Shown piece after piece: positions 28,076 through 38,672 of a stretch of 64,000 nt of DNA. Within the stretch, counting starts at the first letter, position 1. The number at the start of each line of letters is the position of its first letter. The notes beneath the pieces are model-generated. The model saw only the letters and a list, made by a program, of their open reading frames with translations, was not told where the DNA came from and searched no databases. The translations under genes were made by a program, and so were the position numbers. Source of the DNA: an uncultured virus (IMG/VR IMGVR_UViG_3300025626_000016) (Duplodnaviria > Heunggongvirae > Uroviricota > Caudoviricetes); the IMG/VR virus record IMGVR_UViG_3300025626_000016. One strand, 5' to 3'.

Positions 28076-30820
28076 TTATTTTACTTTTAACATGTTCCTA
28101 TTTACAAGGTTTTTATTTCCATTTGTATCTTCAGTTTCTAGCTGAATATTGTAGTACCCAGGTTCTTTAAAGATATATGTAAGCCACATATTATTATAGT
28201 ATATATCAGTGATTTTTGGGTTAGTTATATTTGTGATAGTCCATTTAGCATTTTTACTTCCAGGAAATCTAGAAATATCTGTTGAAAACGTAACATGTGT
28301 AGACCTTTCAACCTCTGCATAATCATTAAATACTCTGGTGTCGTCCCATGTTGGATTATAATGTTGTACGTGAATTTCACCACTAATATTAGCGTTTGAT
28401 GAATTATTAATTTTTATTATTGAAGCATCTTCAAAATCATAAGTTTTTGAGTATTCTTTTCCTACAACTAATATAAATTTAAAAACATCGCTTACATCAT
28501 TATCGTCAGAATCTTCAAATATTGCATTATAATTAAATTTACTAATAACATAGTCCTCACTTTGTTGTAATTCATTCATTATTTGAGTCCATCCGTTTAC
28601 ATCATTAAATGTAGTTGGCGTAGCATTAACTATTTGATGAGATCCTGTGCTTATTTCTCCAGTTTTTGGATCTTTGTGTGTTATTACTAAGGTGTCACCT
28701 TGTTGTATATCGTTTATTTTAAAACTAGAAGTTAAATCAGGTCCAACTCTCATGAAATGCCACGCTAAATGTTCAGTGTCTTTCCAATCAAAAGTTGATT
28801 CGTCCCATGTATATGGTCCAGTAGTTTCACTATATGCAGTTTCAGAATAAATATCTAAATATCTACTAACAGTTGAAAATCTAACACCTTGATCCTCTTC
28901 AAAATGAATGTAATTAGCTCTGTCTAATGTTAAATAAAGAGTAGCAATATCATCATCGATAGTTGTTACATTATCTTGAGGTTGATTCCAATAACCACCT
29001 GATTTTTGCCATGTCAAATCTTTATTATCCCATGAATCATCTTCTAGCCACTTATATATGCCATATAATTCTAGATTTTTAAGTTTTACATCTATTAGAT
29101 CTTTCATTCTATAATGAGATCTGTGTCCAAAGAGATCATATGTTCTCATCTCGACAGTATATATGTCATTATGTGGTAATATCAACGGAAGGATCAAATA
29201 ATCATCTATCGCACCTCTATAAGTCTGGTTATACCCTTTATTTTTACTTGTAACAATCCATTCTATTTCATAAACCCATGCTTTCCACCAATCATTCCAT
29301 GTAACTAACAGTGTATCATTTGGATTATGAGCATCTTCCCATGTAAATTTAGCCTCGTCCCAAATATCATCAAACGATTCTGTACCGTCTAATAACACAG
29401 GACATCCAATTGGAATATTAGGATTATAAGAATATAATTCTTGATTATGATATGTTTCATAAAACTCTCTAAATATACTCTTTAATTCTGTTCTATTATT
29501 TGGGGTTAACGTATGCTCTTGTCCACTTTTAGTATTTAAAAATAAATTATAATTACTGGAATCATTATTTTGATCAAGCGATGGTTTTAAGACCATTGAC
29601 ATGTCTTCTATAAATAACTGTCTATCGTTAGGAAATACATTAAACTTAATATTATGCCCTTCACTAAAGAAATCAATACCGTTTTGAATATTCCATACGT
29701 TTATATTTCTTTGAGCGAAATAATCTCCTTCAGCAGTAATATCTATAATTTTTGCTTGAAGCGGTAAATAATCTTTTTGTAACTTTGCCTTTAAACCATA
29801 TAGTTTAATAAGTACTTCTTCTGGTGTATAATCAAAAACCTCATCAACATTAGGAATATCCCAATGATCAAACGTTCCATTAGGCTCGTTTAACCTGTAT
29901 ACAAGACTAAACTTGCTAGTTTTTTTCATTGTACTAGAAGGAAGCTTAAACGCTAATTTCTTTCTAGTGTTTTCACCCCTAACAGACGAGTTAGGAACTG
30001 GAACTGCAAATAATTTACCAAAGTTCTTAACAGAATTATTAACATTTAGCCAGTATTCCTTCAACGTTATTTTATCATAACCAAAGAAATCTATTGCATT
30101 TAATATTGCTTTATATGTACCAACAAATGGTTTTATATTGTGTAATTCTAAAAGCAATTCCTTTCTTTTCTTATTCAGTAATTTATAATCAGGTGACATT
30201 TCACTAATGTCATGATCTTTGAATAACATAAAATCAGATTCGTCCAACGTAGCTCCAAAATTTTGAAGAAGAATTTTAGTTCTTTCATCTTCAGCAACTA
30301 CTTCACCATAAACTTCAATATCCGCTATAAGTGTTTTTACACCCGCCGCACTATGATAAACGTGTAAGTTTCTAACATGTGGCCCAGCTTTTAATGAATT
30401 TAATGCTATATTAATTTGAATAGCTGTACTATCTTGTTCCCACAGCGCTTTAGTACCGTCATTGAATACCGCAACTTTACTAAAATCTATTAGATCAATA
30501 GTTTGAGATTTTAACTCTTTAATTACTGGAAGATTTCCAGAATGATCTACATTATATAGTGTAATATCTTTACTACCAAATCTAGTATCTTCACTCCATT
30601 CAAATATAAATTTATCGTTGTCTGGTGTTTCAGATACTGGGAAATTTATAATAGGGTCTCCGAATAATTCACACTCTTCTAATATAAATAAATTAATAGT
30701 TTCGTATAAACCAGCAGAAACCTCAGATAAATGTACGGTTCCTTGATAAACATCAGAGTTATCCTTTACGAAGTTTAAATCATATTCTAATCCTTTAAAA
30801 AATCTTAAATTATCGTACAT
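28076..30820 (-). CDS. Baseplate wedge-associated protein with a C-terminal PKD-like domain
   Basis: GTYKAI.NAI.FFGY wedge-like motif; C-terminal YIFKEPGYYNIQL..D.NGN; near the gp6-like gene. Confidence 0.55.
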   Translation of the reverse strand: MYDNLRFFKGLEYDLNFVKDNSDVYQGTVHLSEVSAGLYETINLFILEECELFGDPIINFPVSETPDNDKFIFEWSEDTRFGSKDITLYNVDHSGNLPVIKELKSQTIDLIDFSKVAVFNDGTKALWEQDSTAIQINIALNSLKAGPHVRNLHVYHSAAGVKTLIADIEVYGEVVAEDERTKILLQNFGATLDESDFMLFKDHDISEMSPDYKLLNKKRKELLLELHNIKPFVGTYKAILNAIDFFGYDKITLKEYWLNVNNSVKNFGKLFAVPVPNSSVRGENTRKKLAFKLPSSTMKKTSKFSLVYRLNEPNGTFDHWDIPNVDEVFDYTPEEVLIKLYGLKAKLQKDYLPLQAKIIDITAEGDYFAQRNINVWNIQNGIDFFSEGHNIKFNVFPNDRQLFIEDMSMVLKPSLDQNNDSSNYNLFLNTKSGQEHTLTPNNRTELKSIFREFYETYHNQELYSYNPNIPIGCPVLLDGTESFDDIWDEAKFTWEDAHNPNDTLLVTWNDWWKAWVYEIEWIVTSKNKGYNQTYRGAIDDYLILPLILPHNDIYTVEMRTYDLFGHRSHYRMKDLIDVKLKNLELYGIYKWLEDDSWDNKDLTWQKSGGYWNQPQDNVTTIDDDIATLYLTLDRANYIHFEEDQGVRFSTVSRYLDIYSETAYSETTGPYTWDESTFDWKDTEHLAWHFMRVGPDLTSSFKINDIQQGDTLVITHKDPKTGEISTGSHQIVNATPTTFNDVNGWTQIMNELQQSEDYVISKFNYNAIFEDSDDNDVSDVFKFILVVGKEYSKTYDFEDASIIKINNSSNANISGEIHVQHYNPTWDDTRVFNDYAEVERSTHVTFSTDISRFPGSKNAKWTITNITNPKITDIYYNNMWLTYIFKEPGYYNIQLETEDTNGNKNLVNRNMLKVK

Positions 30821-31104
30821 TATTTGGTTTTCTTTGTGTTTTCGTCAACGGTATAATTTTTAAAATTATTTAAATATCTTGCGCCTTTTAATAAATTCTT
30901 TAATGCGTCATCTAAGAATATTAAAAAATGTTGCATGGTTTGATTTCTTTGAATGTGACCAGACAAAGATCTGCTAATAAATTCCCCTGGAGCTAACTCA
31001 TCATTGTAGTTAAATCCCGTATGTAATCTATCATCCTTTCTAGATTTAACAGAATCGTATCTTCTACGTTGTCTATAGTTAAATAAATTTGTAAATAAAC
31101 CCAT
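30820..31104 (-). CDS. Hypothetical protein
   Basis: 94 aa, overlaps both neighbours by 1 nt (translational coupling). Confidence 0.7.
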   Translation of the reverse strand: MGLFTNLFNYRQRRRYDSVKSRKDDRLHTGFNYNDELAPGEFISRSLSGHIQRNQTMQHFLIFLDDALKNLLKGARYLNNFKNYTVDENTKKTK

Positions 31105-32933
31105 TATTTAAGTGCCTTTCTATTTCCAGCTTGTACTCTAGTGTATATTGTTCTAGGTACAGGATCTGCTTCAAAGTTTATACTTACCGCAGCTTCAGCG
31201 TTAATTAATACATCGTCTTCCATGACGTCACCGTCTCTATCTAACCATCCGCCTCTAAAAACAGCAACTTCTTCTTTTTCCATTATAATATCACCCCATT
31301 GATCTAATCCTTTTACCTTAGGAGGAATAATAGTATTTTCATCAACTGGAACCACTTTTACATCCTCTATTTTCTTAAAGAAAACATGTTTTTGTTTTCC
31401 ATTTCCTACAGTTTCCAATGTTACTGGTTCTTGTGGAACTACTGTAGTAGTAATTGATTCATAATAACCAAGTCTTCTTGCAGTCTCTTCCGTCTCTGAA
31501 ATAAATCTAACATTCACAGCGTCAATACCTGCAACCTCTTCTAAGATATAAATAATATCAGACTTAGGCAGTTTATCTCTTCTCGTTATATTTAGTAAGT
31601 ATGTAGACATTCTCTCTCTTACCGCTGTGTAAATCTCATCCTTAGTATAGCCTTCAAAGAATCTAATATTAATATCAATACTATATTTTCTTATTTGCGG
31701 CCTAACAAAAACAACTTCAGTTGTTACCATTTGTTGACCACTATCTTCTAAAACCTTATGCATTGCATCATACTCACCTTGATCAAAGAACATTTCTTCT
31801 TGTGGTACAGTAAAGTAATCTTGATTTTTAGCTAACTTCTTATTAACATCTGGCACTGCAAATATATAAATAACATTATCGTCATCTAAATATTGATCGT
31901 CAGTTGTGTTATATGCATCTATATAAGAGAACATATTGTATCTTGACAGAAAGTATTCATAGTTATCGGGTGTAGCTAATACAAATGATTTACTTGCAAG
32001 CGGTGTCATTATTTTTGTAAATTGAGTATTCTCTCTATCGCTACCCATTTTTGGAGATGATGTAACAGTTACATCTAAAAATTCATTTAAATCATGTTCT
32101 GTTCCATTAGAATCATAACCAGTTGCATCCCACTTAATAGTTAAATCAGGTGAATCATCTAAATTACCAGCAATTCCAGAATGTTTTACATATTCTACTT
32201 TAATACTAGCACCATTAGGTGGCACCATTCCAAAACTTCCATTTCCAAAATAAAGATCCAAACCTCCACTAATACCTGTTTTAATTAAATACGCCTTCTC
32301 ATCAGATAACAGATCATAAAGTGATTCATGTTTTGTCCACTGTTCACCATTAACACTTACGGTAACTTTACTGTGATCAGTGATTCCACCAGTATTAATG
32401 TTAAATGATTGTAATTTTTCACCGTTAGAAGTCACGGTTTGTGATTCAAATTTACCTTGAATTATTGCACTTTTAAATGCGTTATAATTTGTTTTTTCTA
32501 ATTTAAATAATTCAACAGAATTTAATAAAGTATATGTCATTCCGTTAGCATCAAATTTAATTTCTGATCTACCATTAATATTTAATAAACTTCCTGCTAT
32601 TTTTGCCATATCAGCACCGGGCTTCCATCTAAATATAATTTCACCAGTAGAAGCAAACCCTCTTGTCGCATCATGGCCTGTCAATCGTGACATACCATAT
32701 ATTGATTCCGGTTGTTGTGCAGTATATATGTTTTGCTCTACTACAGAATCTTCAATATAATACATAATAAGATCCATCATTTCTGATAGTACACTTATTA
32801 TCTGTGCAAACGGTGAAGCTAAAGTAAACAAAGTGTTAGCCCTATTGTATACCCTAGAAATATAAGTTCTAGCATCAGCCTTAATAGACTCTGCTCCCGT
32901 TCTAATTGTACTTAAAAATTTTAATTCTGCCAT
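31104..32933 (-). CDS. Baseplate wedge subunit (T4 gp6-like / baseplate J family)
   Basis: EQNIYTAQ..SIY, LYFGNG.FG..P..G..I.VEY, G..GN, LATPDNYE motifs. Confidence 0.85.
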   Translation of the reverse strand: MAELKFLSTIRTGAESIKADARTYISRVYNRANTLFTLASPFAQIISVLSEMMDLIMYYIEDSVVEQNIYTAQQPESIYGMSRLTGHDATRGFASTGEIIFRWKPGADMAKIAGSLLNINGRSEIKFDANGMTYTLLNSVELFKLEKTNYNAFKSAIIQGKFESQTVTSNGEKLQSFNINTGGITDHSKVTVSVNGEQWTKHESLYDLLSDEKAYLIKTGISGGLDLYFGNGSFGMVPPNGASIKVEYVKHSGIAGNLDDSPDLTIKWDATGYDSNGTEHDLNEFLDVTVTSSPKMGSDRENTQFTKIMTPLASKSFVLATPDNYEYFLSRYNMFSYIDAYNTTDDQYLDDDNVIYIFAVPDVNKKLAKNQDYFTVPQEEMFFDQGEYDAMHKVLEDSGQQMVTTEVVFVRPQIRKYSIDINIRFFEGYTKDEIYTAVRERMSTYLLNITRRDKLPKSDIIYILEEVAGIDAVNVRFISETEETARRLGYYESITTTVVPQEPVTLETVGNGKQKHVFFKKIEDVKVVPVDENTIIPPKVKGLDQWGDIIMEKEEVAVFRGGWLDRDGDVMEDDVLINAEAAVSINFEADPVPRTIYTRVQAGNRKALK

Positions 32934-32950
32934 TATTTATGTATACTTTT

Positions 32951-33307
32951 TTATAGCATGCTTATTTTTATAGCATATCTACTATCTATCGTAATATCTA
33001 TGAACGCAATATCTCTAACCTCGCCTTGAACAAAGTCAATGTTTACTTGAACATTGTATTTTGATGCTAATGGGCAATATGCATTAATCTGATCTACTAT
33101 CACCGATTTGATATTATGTTCACTAGAATTGAAATCATATATAAGTGTTTCTAAATCACATCCAAACTTATGATCCCCCATAACTTCACCGCTATTAGTA
33201 AATAAAATTGTTTGAATCTGTGTGATCAACATTTCTATTTCACCATTAGTCTGAACTTGATCTTCGTCGTAATTAGGATCGCTAGGATATTTTATATATA
33301 ATTCCAT
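32951..33307 (-). CDS. Baseplate wedge subunit (gp25/GPW-like)
   Basis: I..ILFTNSGEV.GD..FGCDL..LIY signature; 118 aa; adjacent to gp6. Confidence 0.85.
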   Translation of the reverse strand: MELYIKYPSDPNYDEDQVQTNGEIEMLITQIQTILFTNSGEVMGDHKFGCDLETLIYDFNSSEHNIKSVIVDQINAYCPLASKYNVQVNIDFVQGEVRDIAFIDITIDSRYAIKISML

Positions 33308-33329
33308 TTATTTATTTATCTTCTTTTAT

Positions 33330-34172
33330 TTATGAATGCATCATCCAATCAACACCTTCGTCTCCTTGAATCTCTTCGTTAATCTCCGATAACTCATCAT
33401 CGCCCATACTTTTAATAGCATCATAATCAAAATCAACATTACCAGGAAGGGCAAATTTAAAAATTGCTAATTTAGAACCAATAGATTGTTTTATTTTTGC
33501 ACTCACATATCTAAAGAATATTTCATCTGAATATAGTGCACAATCAGGGATAGTTTCATATATTTCTAAAATAACATCGCCCTTTGGTGTATCACCCATA
33601 AATTTTAATTCTCCAGTTAAACTAGAATAATGAAATGAAATAGGGTTTTCAAGTATTTGTCTAGATAAATCTGCCATAGAAGCGTTCAATACGTAATATT
33701 GTAGCTCTTCTGCGGCTTCAGCCATACCTGAACCTTCATACATTCCTCTAAATAGCATTCGCTCCATTGAAAAGTCAGAGCCTCCTTGGAATCTCACATC
33801 CATTCCGCCTCCGCCTCCATTCCAACCCGAAGCTAAGTCATATAAACCATATACTGAATATACACCTCCACCTCCATCTGCACTTGGCCCAGGCAATGTA
33901 AGTGCTCTGTGACTTTTAAAGTGTGATGTACTAAATACACTATTAGGGATGTGGTATAAATTTTCTTTTACAGAATATTCATATTTTTTATAAAACCATT
34001 TTTTAGCTCTTTTGATTATATTAATAATCTCTTTTTGTGGCAAATTAATAGGTACCATACATGCTCCAGTAATATCATCTCCTATTTCTTCTAAAAATGT
34101 ATTTAGACAATTTGGATCGAAATTTCTACCAGAGGTTAAATCTTGGTTTGAACCGCTTCTAATTTCACTCAT
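33330..34172 (-). CDS. Neck protein (T4 gp13-like)
   Basis: C-terminal RYVSAKIK..IG..L..F.FALPG.V..DY..I...G..E pattern of gp13. Confidence 0.75.
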   Translation of the reverse strand: MSEIRSGSNQDLTSGRNFDPNCLNTFLEEIGDDITGACMVPINLPQKEIINIIKRAKKWFYKKYEYSVKENLYHIPNSVFSTSHFKSHRALTLPGPSADGGGGVYSVYGLYDLASGWNGGGGGMDVRFQGGSDFSMERMLFRGMYEGSGMAEAAEELQYYVLNASMADLSRQILENPISFHYSSLTGELKFMGDTPKGDVILEIYETIPDCALYSDEIFFRYVSAKIKQSIGSKLAIFKFALPGNVDFDYDAIKSMGDDELSEINEEIQGDEGVDWMMHS

Positions 34173-34173
34173 T

Positions 34174-35484
34174 TTATTCTCTTATTTTTTTACTTACAAC
34201 AATCTCAGTATCTTCAAATCTAGCATCTTTTGTTTTGAAACCCTCTCTGAATATACCTCCAACCATTTTACCTTTAAACATAGTATCTCTACCTGCAACA
34301 TAACAGTTTATTAATTCACAACTACCATGTGTGTAGCTAGATTCTACCTTTGATTCTTTTACTTTAGTGCCTTTATATAAACTACCATACATGATAGCAG
34401 ATCCAGTTATTTCACACCCATAAAAACTAGAATTAGTTACATTTCCAGCTATTTCACAATCTATAAATTCAAAATCTTCTAGTTGATAAACAGTTGGAAA
34501 CTTTCCATCTTTTATTTGTGTGGCCCCATAATTAGAATCATAATTAATTAAGCCGGCAGTCATAGATCCATTTACTATAAGATCTACTACTCTATTCTTA
34601 AACCTCTCCCATTGCAATTTAATAATAACTGGGTTATCCACTAGATCCACCAATATAGTTATGTCGGGATAATATTCAGATACCTTAGAGTAATCCTTTA
34701 GTATATCTGAGATAGGTTTATTTTTATTTAAAATTCTCTGTAATTCTATTTTATTCTCATCATTAAATCTAGAGTCATTACATGAATTCCACATTTGCAT
34801 TAAAAATCTTTCAGTTAGATAAAGAATATCATCTGACTTTTTCTCATAGTCAGTTCCACCAATATATCTAAATTCTAAGTAATTCTTTTCTTTTTTGGAA
34901 AAATTAATTCCGTAATATTTTGTATCAGCAAATTTAAAATTGTTTGATGCTATATGATTACCATCAAAATGAAATGCTTCAATTTTCGGCATTACCCATT
35001 TTACGCTCTTTGCATATGTAGAATTTTCACGTTCAGGGAAAAACTTATAGATTTGTTTCTCATCAAATTCTAAAATAAACTTAAGAACATTCATTTTAGA
35101 AATAAGATCTTTGTCTTCGAGATACTTTTTATCGAAAGACAAATTTATATGAATTGATGCTCTATCATTAGTATATCCATTTTCAGATATCCATTTTAAC
35201 ATCTTAATAACCACTAATCTGGCATTTCTATATGGGATAGGTCCCGTAACCAACTCTGCCAATCCTTTACCACCAGACATGTCAGGTTCAATTTTAAATT
35301 CTTCAGCAGATGGTTGAAAATCAGAATGTGCTTTATCTTCTAATCTAATCTTTCGATCTAGAAGTTTTTCCAGAGACTTTCTGGTTACTTCTAGATCGAG
35401 GTTAGAATAGAACTCAAACTCAACACCCATGAGTGCTGAGTTTAGGATTGATTCTCTCGGAGAATCTATAGTTAATTTTTGCAT
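34174..35484 (-). CDS. Putative amidoligase (Amidoligase_2 / COOH-NH2 ligase) with a C-terminal beta-helix-like repeat region
   Basis: MGVEFEF, IEPDMS, AELVTGP, ASIHINLS, KYYGINF and LEFR motifs. Confidence 0.8.
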   Translation of the reverse strand: MQKLTIDSPRESILNSALMGVEFEFYSNLDLEVTRKSLEKLLDRKIRLEDKAHSDFQPSAEEFKIEPDMSGGKGLAELVTGPIPYRNARLVVIKMLKWISENGYTNDRASIHINLSFDKKYLEDKDLISKMNVLKFILEFDEKQIYKFFPERENSTYAKSVKWVMPKIEAFHFDGNHIASNNFKFADTKYYGINFSKKEKNYLEFRYIGGTDYEKKSDDILYLTERFLMQMWNSCNDSRFNDENKIELQRILNKNKPISDILKDYSKVSEYYPDITILVDLVDNPVIIKLQWERFKNRVVDLIVNGSMTAGLINYDSNYGATQIKDGKFPTVYQLEDFEFIDCEIAGNVTNSSFYGCEITGSAIMYGSLYKGTKVKESKVESSYTHGSCELINCYVAGRDTMFKGKMVGGIFREGFKTKDARFEDTEIVVSKKIRE

Positions 35485-35537
35485 ACTAAGATTATGATAT
35501 TACCGTTTGATTATATATCACACTCTCGTTGCAATAG

Positions 35538-36824
35538 TTATTGTGGCATCTTTAAAAAGACTTTCATCGAATCAACATCAATTCTTGTAATCTGTACCGT
35601 AATAGGGTCGCCAGATTTAAAAACACTCATTACTTCTTCACTTAATTCACTAACATGTAGTAAACCAGTCACACCCTCTTCTATTGTGATAAATAATCCG
35701 TAATCCTTTTTAGTTTTAACGGTAGCTTCTATCACAGAAGGAATGTTATATCTAGAAGTAATATCTACCCATGGATTAACAACTATATTTGCTTTTTGAG
35801 TTAATGTTATTTTAGTATTACTTATAATGTCTTTGACCATAAATGAAATTTCATCACCTGGCTTAATTTCTCTGGCCCTAAACTTAGTTAACGTGTCTTC
35901 GTCCAAATCATTATTATGAATCATACCAGTCAAACATTTATTAAATTCTACGAATACTCCATATTTTGCAGTACCTGTGACATTTCCAGTCACTGTTTCA
36001 CCTTGTGTTTGTTTTAATTTTTCAATTTCTCCAGGTATTAAAGCTTGTAAATATTTTCTATGAGAAACTACTAACGTGCCTCTATCTGGTGAGAAACTAA
36101 CAGGAACTACATACATTTCAGTTCCAATAATAGAACCAAAGTCATGTAGTTTATTAATTCCAGCTAAAGATCCTGGCATAAAACATTCTATACCTTGGAC
36201 CATTACCATATAACCTCCATTTTCAATCATATTTGTAACTGTACCAACCCAAGCTGTGTTTCCTTCTTCAACTGCAGCTCTAAGATCCATAAACACTTTG
36301 TGTTTAACACCACCATTGATACTACCAACAACATGTGAGTTTTTACCCAACTGTGTAATTAGCACAGCTGTTTCATCACCTGGTTTTAGCGATTGAATTT
36401 CGGCAGGTTCTTTATCATACTTAACGTAGATCAATTCTCTATAACCAATATCAATACTAATAAACTCAGAATTAATGGCATAAATTTTACCTTCATGAAT
36501 TTCTCCAGGATTAATTACAGTTAGTAATTGTCCTATGCTATTGTCATGTGCAGTAAGCATGTCATACATTTCTTGTGCATAAGTTTCTCTAGAGAATACT
36601 TTGTCACCGTTCTGTGTTTTGATATGTGGATTTGGTTTTCTTGTTCTTGACGGGCAAGTAGATTCATATGCATCCCACATGAATTCCCCGTTCTCATCAT
36701 AAAATGCTTGATTAGCATCTTCTTCTACTTCTTTGTTTTCGATTTTTACATCTAGTTCTTCAACTACGGTCTCTTTTGGTGTCTTTTCCCCAATTCTGAT
36801 CCTTTTGTTTTTTTCGTTGTTCAT
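35538..36824 (-). CDS. rpsA: Ribosomal protein bS1 homologue with about 4 S1 domains
   Basis: S1 repeats: GKIYAI...IDIGY; GGYMV.VQGIECFMPGS...LVVSHRK; G.VTG.AKYGVFVEF...GMIH; KDYGLFITIEEGVTGLLHVSELS...GD.I.V.I..ID. Confidence 0.85.
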   Translation of the reverse strand: MNNEKNKRIRIGEKTPKETVVEELDVKIENKEVEEDANQAFYDENGEFMWDAYESTCPSRTRKPNPHIKTQNGDKVFSRETYAQEMYDMLTAHDNSIGQLLTVINPGEIHEGKIYAINSEFISIDIGYRELIYVKYDKEPAEIQSLKPGDETAVLITQLGKNSHVVGSINGGVKHKVFMDLRAAVEEGNTAWVGTVTNMIENGGYMVMVQGIECFMPGSLAGINKLHDFGSIIGTEMYVVPVSFSPDRGTLVVSHRKYLQALIPGEIEKLKQTQGETVTGNVTGTAKYGVFVEFNKCLTGMIHNNDLDEDTLTKFRAREIKPGDEISFMVKDIISNTKITLTQKANIVVNPWVDITSRYNIPSVIEATVKTKKDYGLFITIEEGVTGLLHVSELSEEVMSVFKSGDPITVQITRIDVDSMKVFLKMPQ

Positions 36825-36870
36825 TTATTTTTATATTAAAGGTGTAACATAATATATATCCTATTATTTT

Positions 36871-38670
36871 TTAGAATACTACCGGTACAATTCCAACCAT
36901 AGGCACGGGTCCAACAGGTGTGGGAATTCCACCAAGATATAATAATTTAAATTCTAATAAGTGTAACATATAGGCTGCAGCAACAGCAGTTGAAACTGCT
37001 AGTGCAGGTGGCATTGGAGCGGGAAGAATTGAAAACGTTTTTCCAGTGTTCCATGCCCTTCTTAAATTTTTAGCCAATCTTTTTTTACCACCATAATAAA
37101 TTGGAATATAGATCCCAGTGAGTGGTGGGGGAATCAACGCCGGTAAAGCTGATGGAGATGGTGTAAATGGTTTTACTAAACACGCATACCAATATGCGAT
37201 AGTTATTTCTGCCATTTCTTCATATGGATCACCACCTGGCCAAGTATAGTCTATATTACTATCTTCTTCTGCAGCATCACATTCTTCTGCAGCAGTCTTA
37301 GCTTCTACCACTTGATGTCTTTGAAATTTAAATATAGTTCCACCTGTAGTTGGGTTTATGTCGATAACATCTTCAGGTGTTCTAGCACTACTCATTGCAT
37401 TCGGAATTTTGCGCCAACCATTTTTTAATTCTTGTTCACCATATTTTGATTTAACCCAATTATTATTTTTAGTAAATTTAGGAGCATTAATAACAACACC
37501 TTCTGCATTTGCACTAAATGATCCACTTCTTACCCCGGGATACCAGCTAAATGTTGCGATAACATGTGACGTTAAAATTTTAGGTCTTTTACTATCAGTT
37601 TCATAATCATAAGCCACTTGAATTTTATATTCATTCAATGGACAATCTAATTCATATGGTAAAGTAATTGGTCCAGTTGGATCTTTTTTAATTCTCGTTC
37701 TTAATAATGTAGTATTAAAGAATGACCATGTATTTTCCTCTTCTGTTGGATGTACTTCATGGATAGCTTCAATACAAAGAGCACTAACATTGTCTACTAG
37801 TTGTTTCCAATCATAACCAGCATCTTCAATATCATTTCTAGCGTTAGTATTAACATTAGGATATGGCATACCTGACCACCCTCCACCAAATCCACTTGAA
37901 TTATTATAATTTTCTGAACCAAGACATGCTAACCAAATATAGAATTCCCATTTAGTATTCTTATTTGAAAGCCTTTCAAATTGTTGTAATAACCTAGACG
38001 CAAATATCTTTTCTATGTCATCTTGTGTTTCATTTCCAGTTAGGCATGGAAATTCAAAAAATCTAAACTTTTTTAAATCCATAGTAGAATCATTCTTATA
38101 TTCTTCTATAAATTTACTAAATTTTTTATCAAGTTTCTTTTGTTCCTCAACTGGATCTGGCTGTTCAACGGGATCTGGACAAAAATCAGCATAATCTGGA
38201 TGTGACTCTTTGCCCATTTCGGTTAAATTACCATCATCGTCATATTGATCTTGCAATGGAATATCGCCTTCTTTTAATAATCTTTCAAATACTAAACCGT
38301 ATCCTTGTTTTAGTAAAAACTCAGCGGCTGGATTATTAGTATGTGTTGCACCGAAAGGTGTCATTGCTAAACCCTTTACGGCTTCTAAATATCTTTCAGC
38401 AACTCTTACGCCAAAATCATATCTCCCACTTAAAGGTGCCAGATTAATAGCGTTTACCATTGCAGTGGGATCTGTTGTTAATGACACGTTTAGTGGATTT
38501 CCAGGCTTAATAGATTTAACTAAATCTTGGGAAGGAGGGAAAATAGGAACTTGATTAACACCAACTTTTGGGAGAGCATATGAAACTATAGCACCACCTG
38601 GTTTTGTAAATTCTCGTCCAGCTATATCGCTTGCTAAGTTTGGTATAAATGTTGGCCAAAGTGCAGGCAT
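36871..38670 (-). CDS. Hypothetical baseplate-associated protein
   Basis: 599 aa, directly downstream of the spike gene; Pro-rich hydrophobic C-terminus. Confidence 0.65.
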   Translation of the reverse strand: MPALWPTFIPNLASDIAGREFTKPGGAIVSYALPKVGVNQVPIFPPSQDLVKSIKPGNPLNVSLTTDPTAMVNAINLAPLSGRYDFGVRVAERYLEAVKGLAMTPFGATHTNNPAAEFLLKQGYGLVFERLLKEGDIPLQDQYDDDGNLTEMGKESHPDYADFCPDPVEQPDPVEEQKKLDKKFSKFIEEYKNDSTMDLKKFRFFEFPCLTGNETQDDIEKIFASRLLQQFERLSNKNTKWEFYIWLACLGSENYNNSSGFGGGWSGMPYPNVNTNARNDIEDAGYDWKQLVDNVSALCIEAIHEVHPTEEENTWSFFNTTLLRTRIKKDPTGPITLPYELDCPLNEYKIQVAYDYETDSKRPKILTSHVIATFSWYPGVRSGSFSANAEGVVINAPKFTKNNNWVKSKYGEQELKNGWRKIPNAMSSARTPEDVIDINPTTGGTIFKFQRHQVVEAKTAAEECDAAEEDSNIDYTWPGGDPYEEMAEITIAYWYACLVKPFTPSPSALPALIPPPLTGIYIPIYYGGKKRLAKNLRRAWNTGKTFSILPAPMPPALAVSTAVAAAYMLHLLEFKLLYLGGIPTPVGPVPMVGIVPVVF

Positions 38671-38672
38671 AA

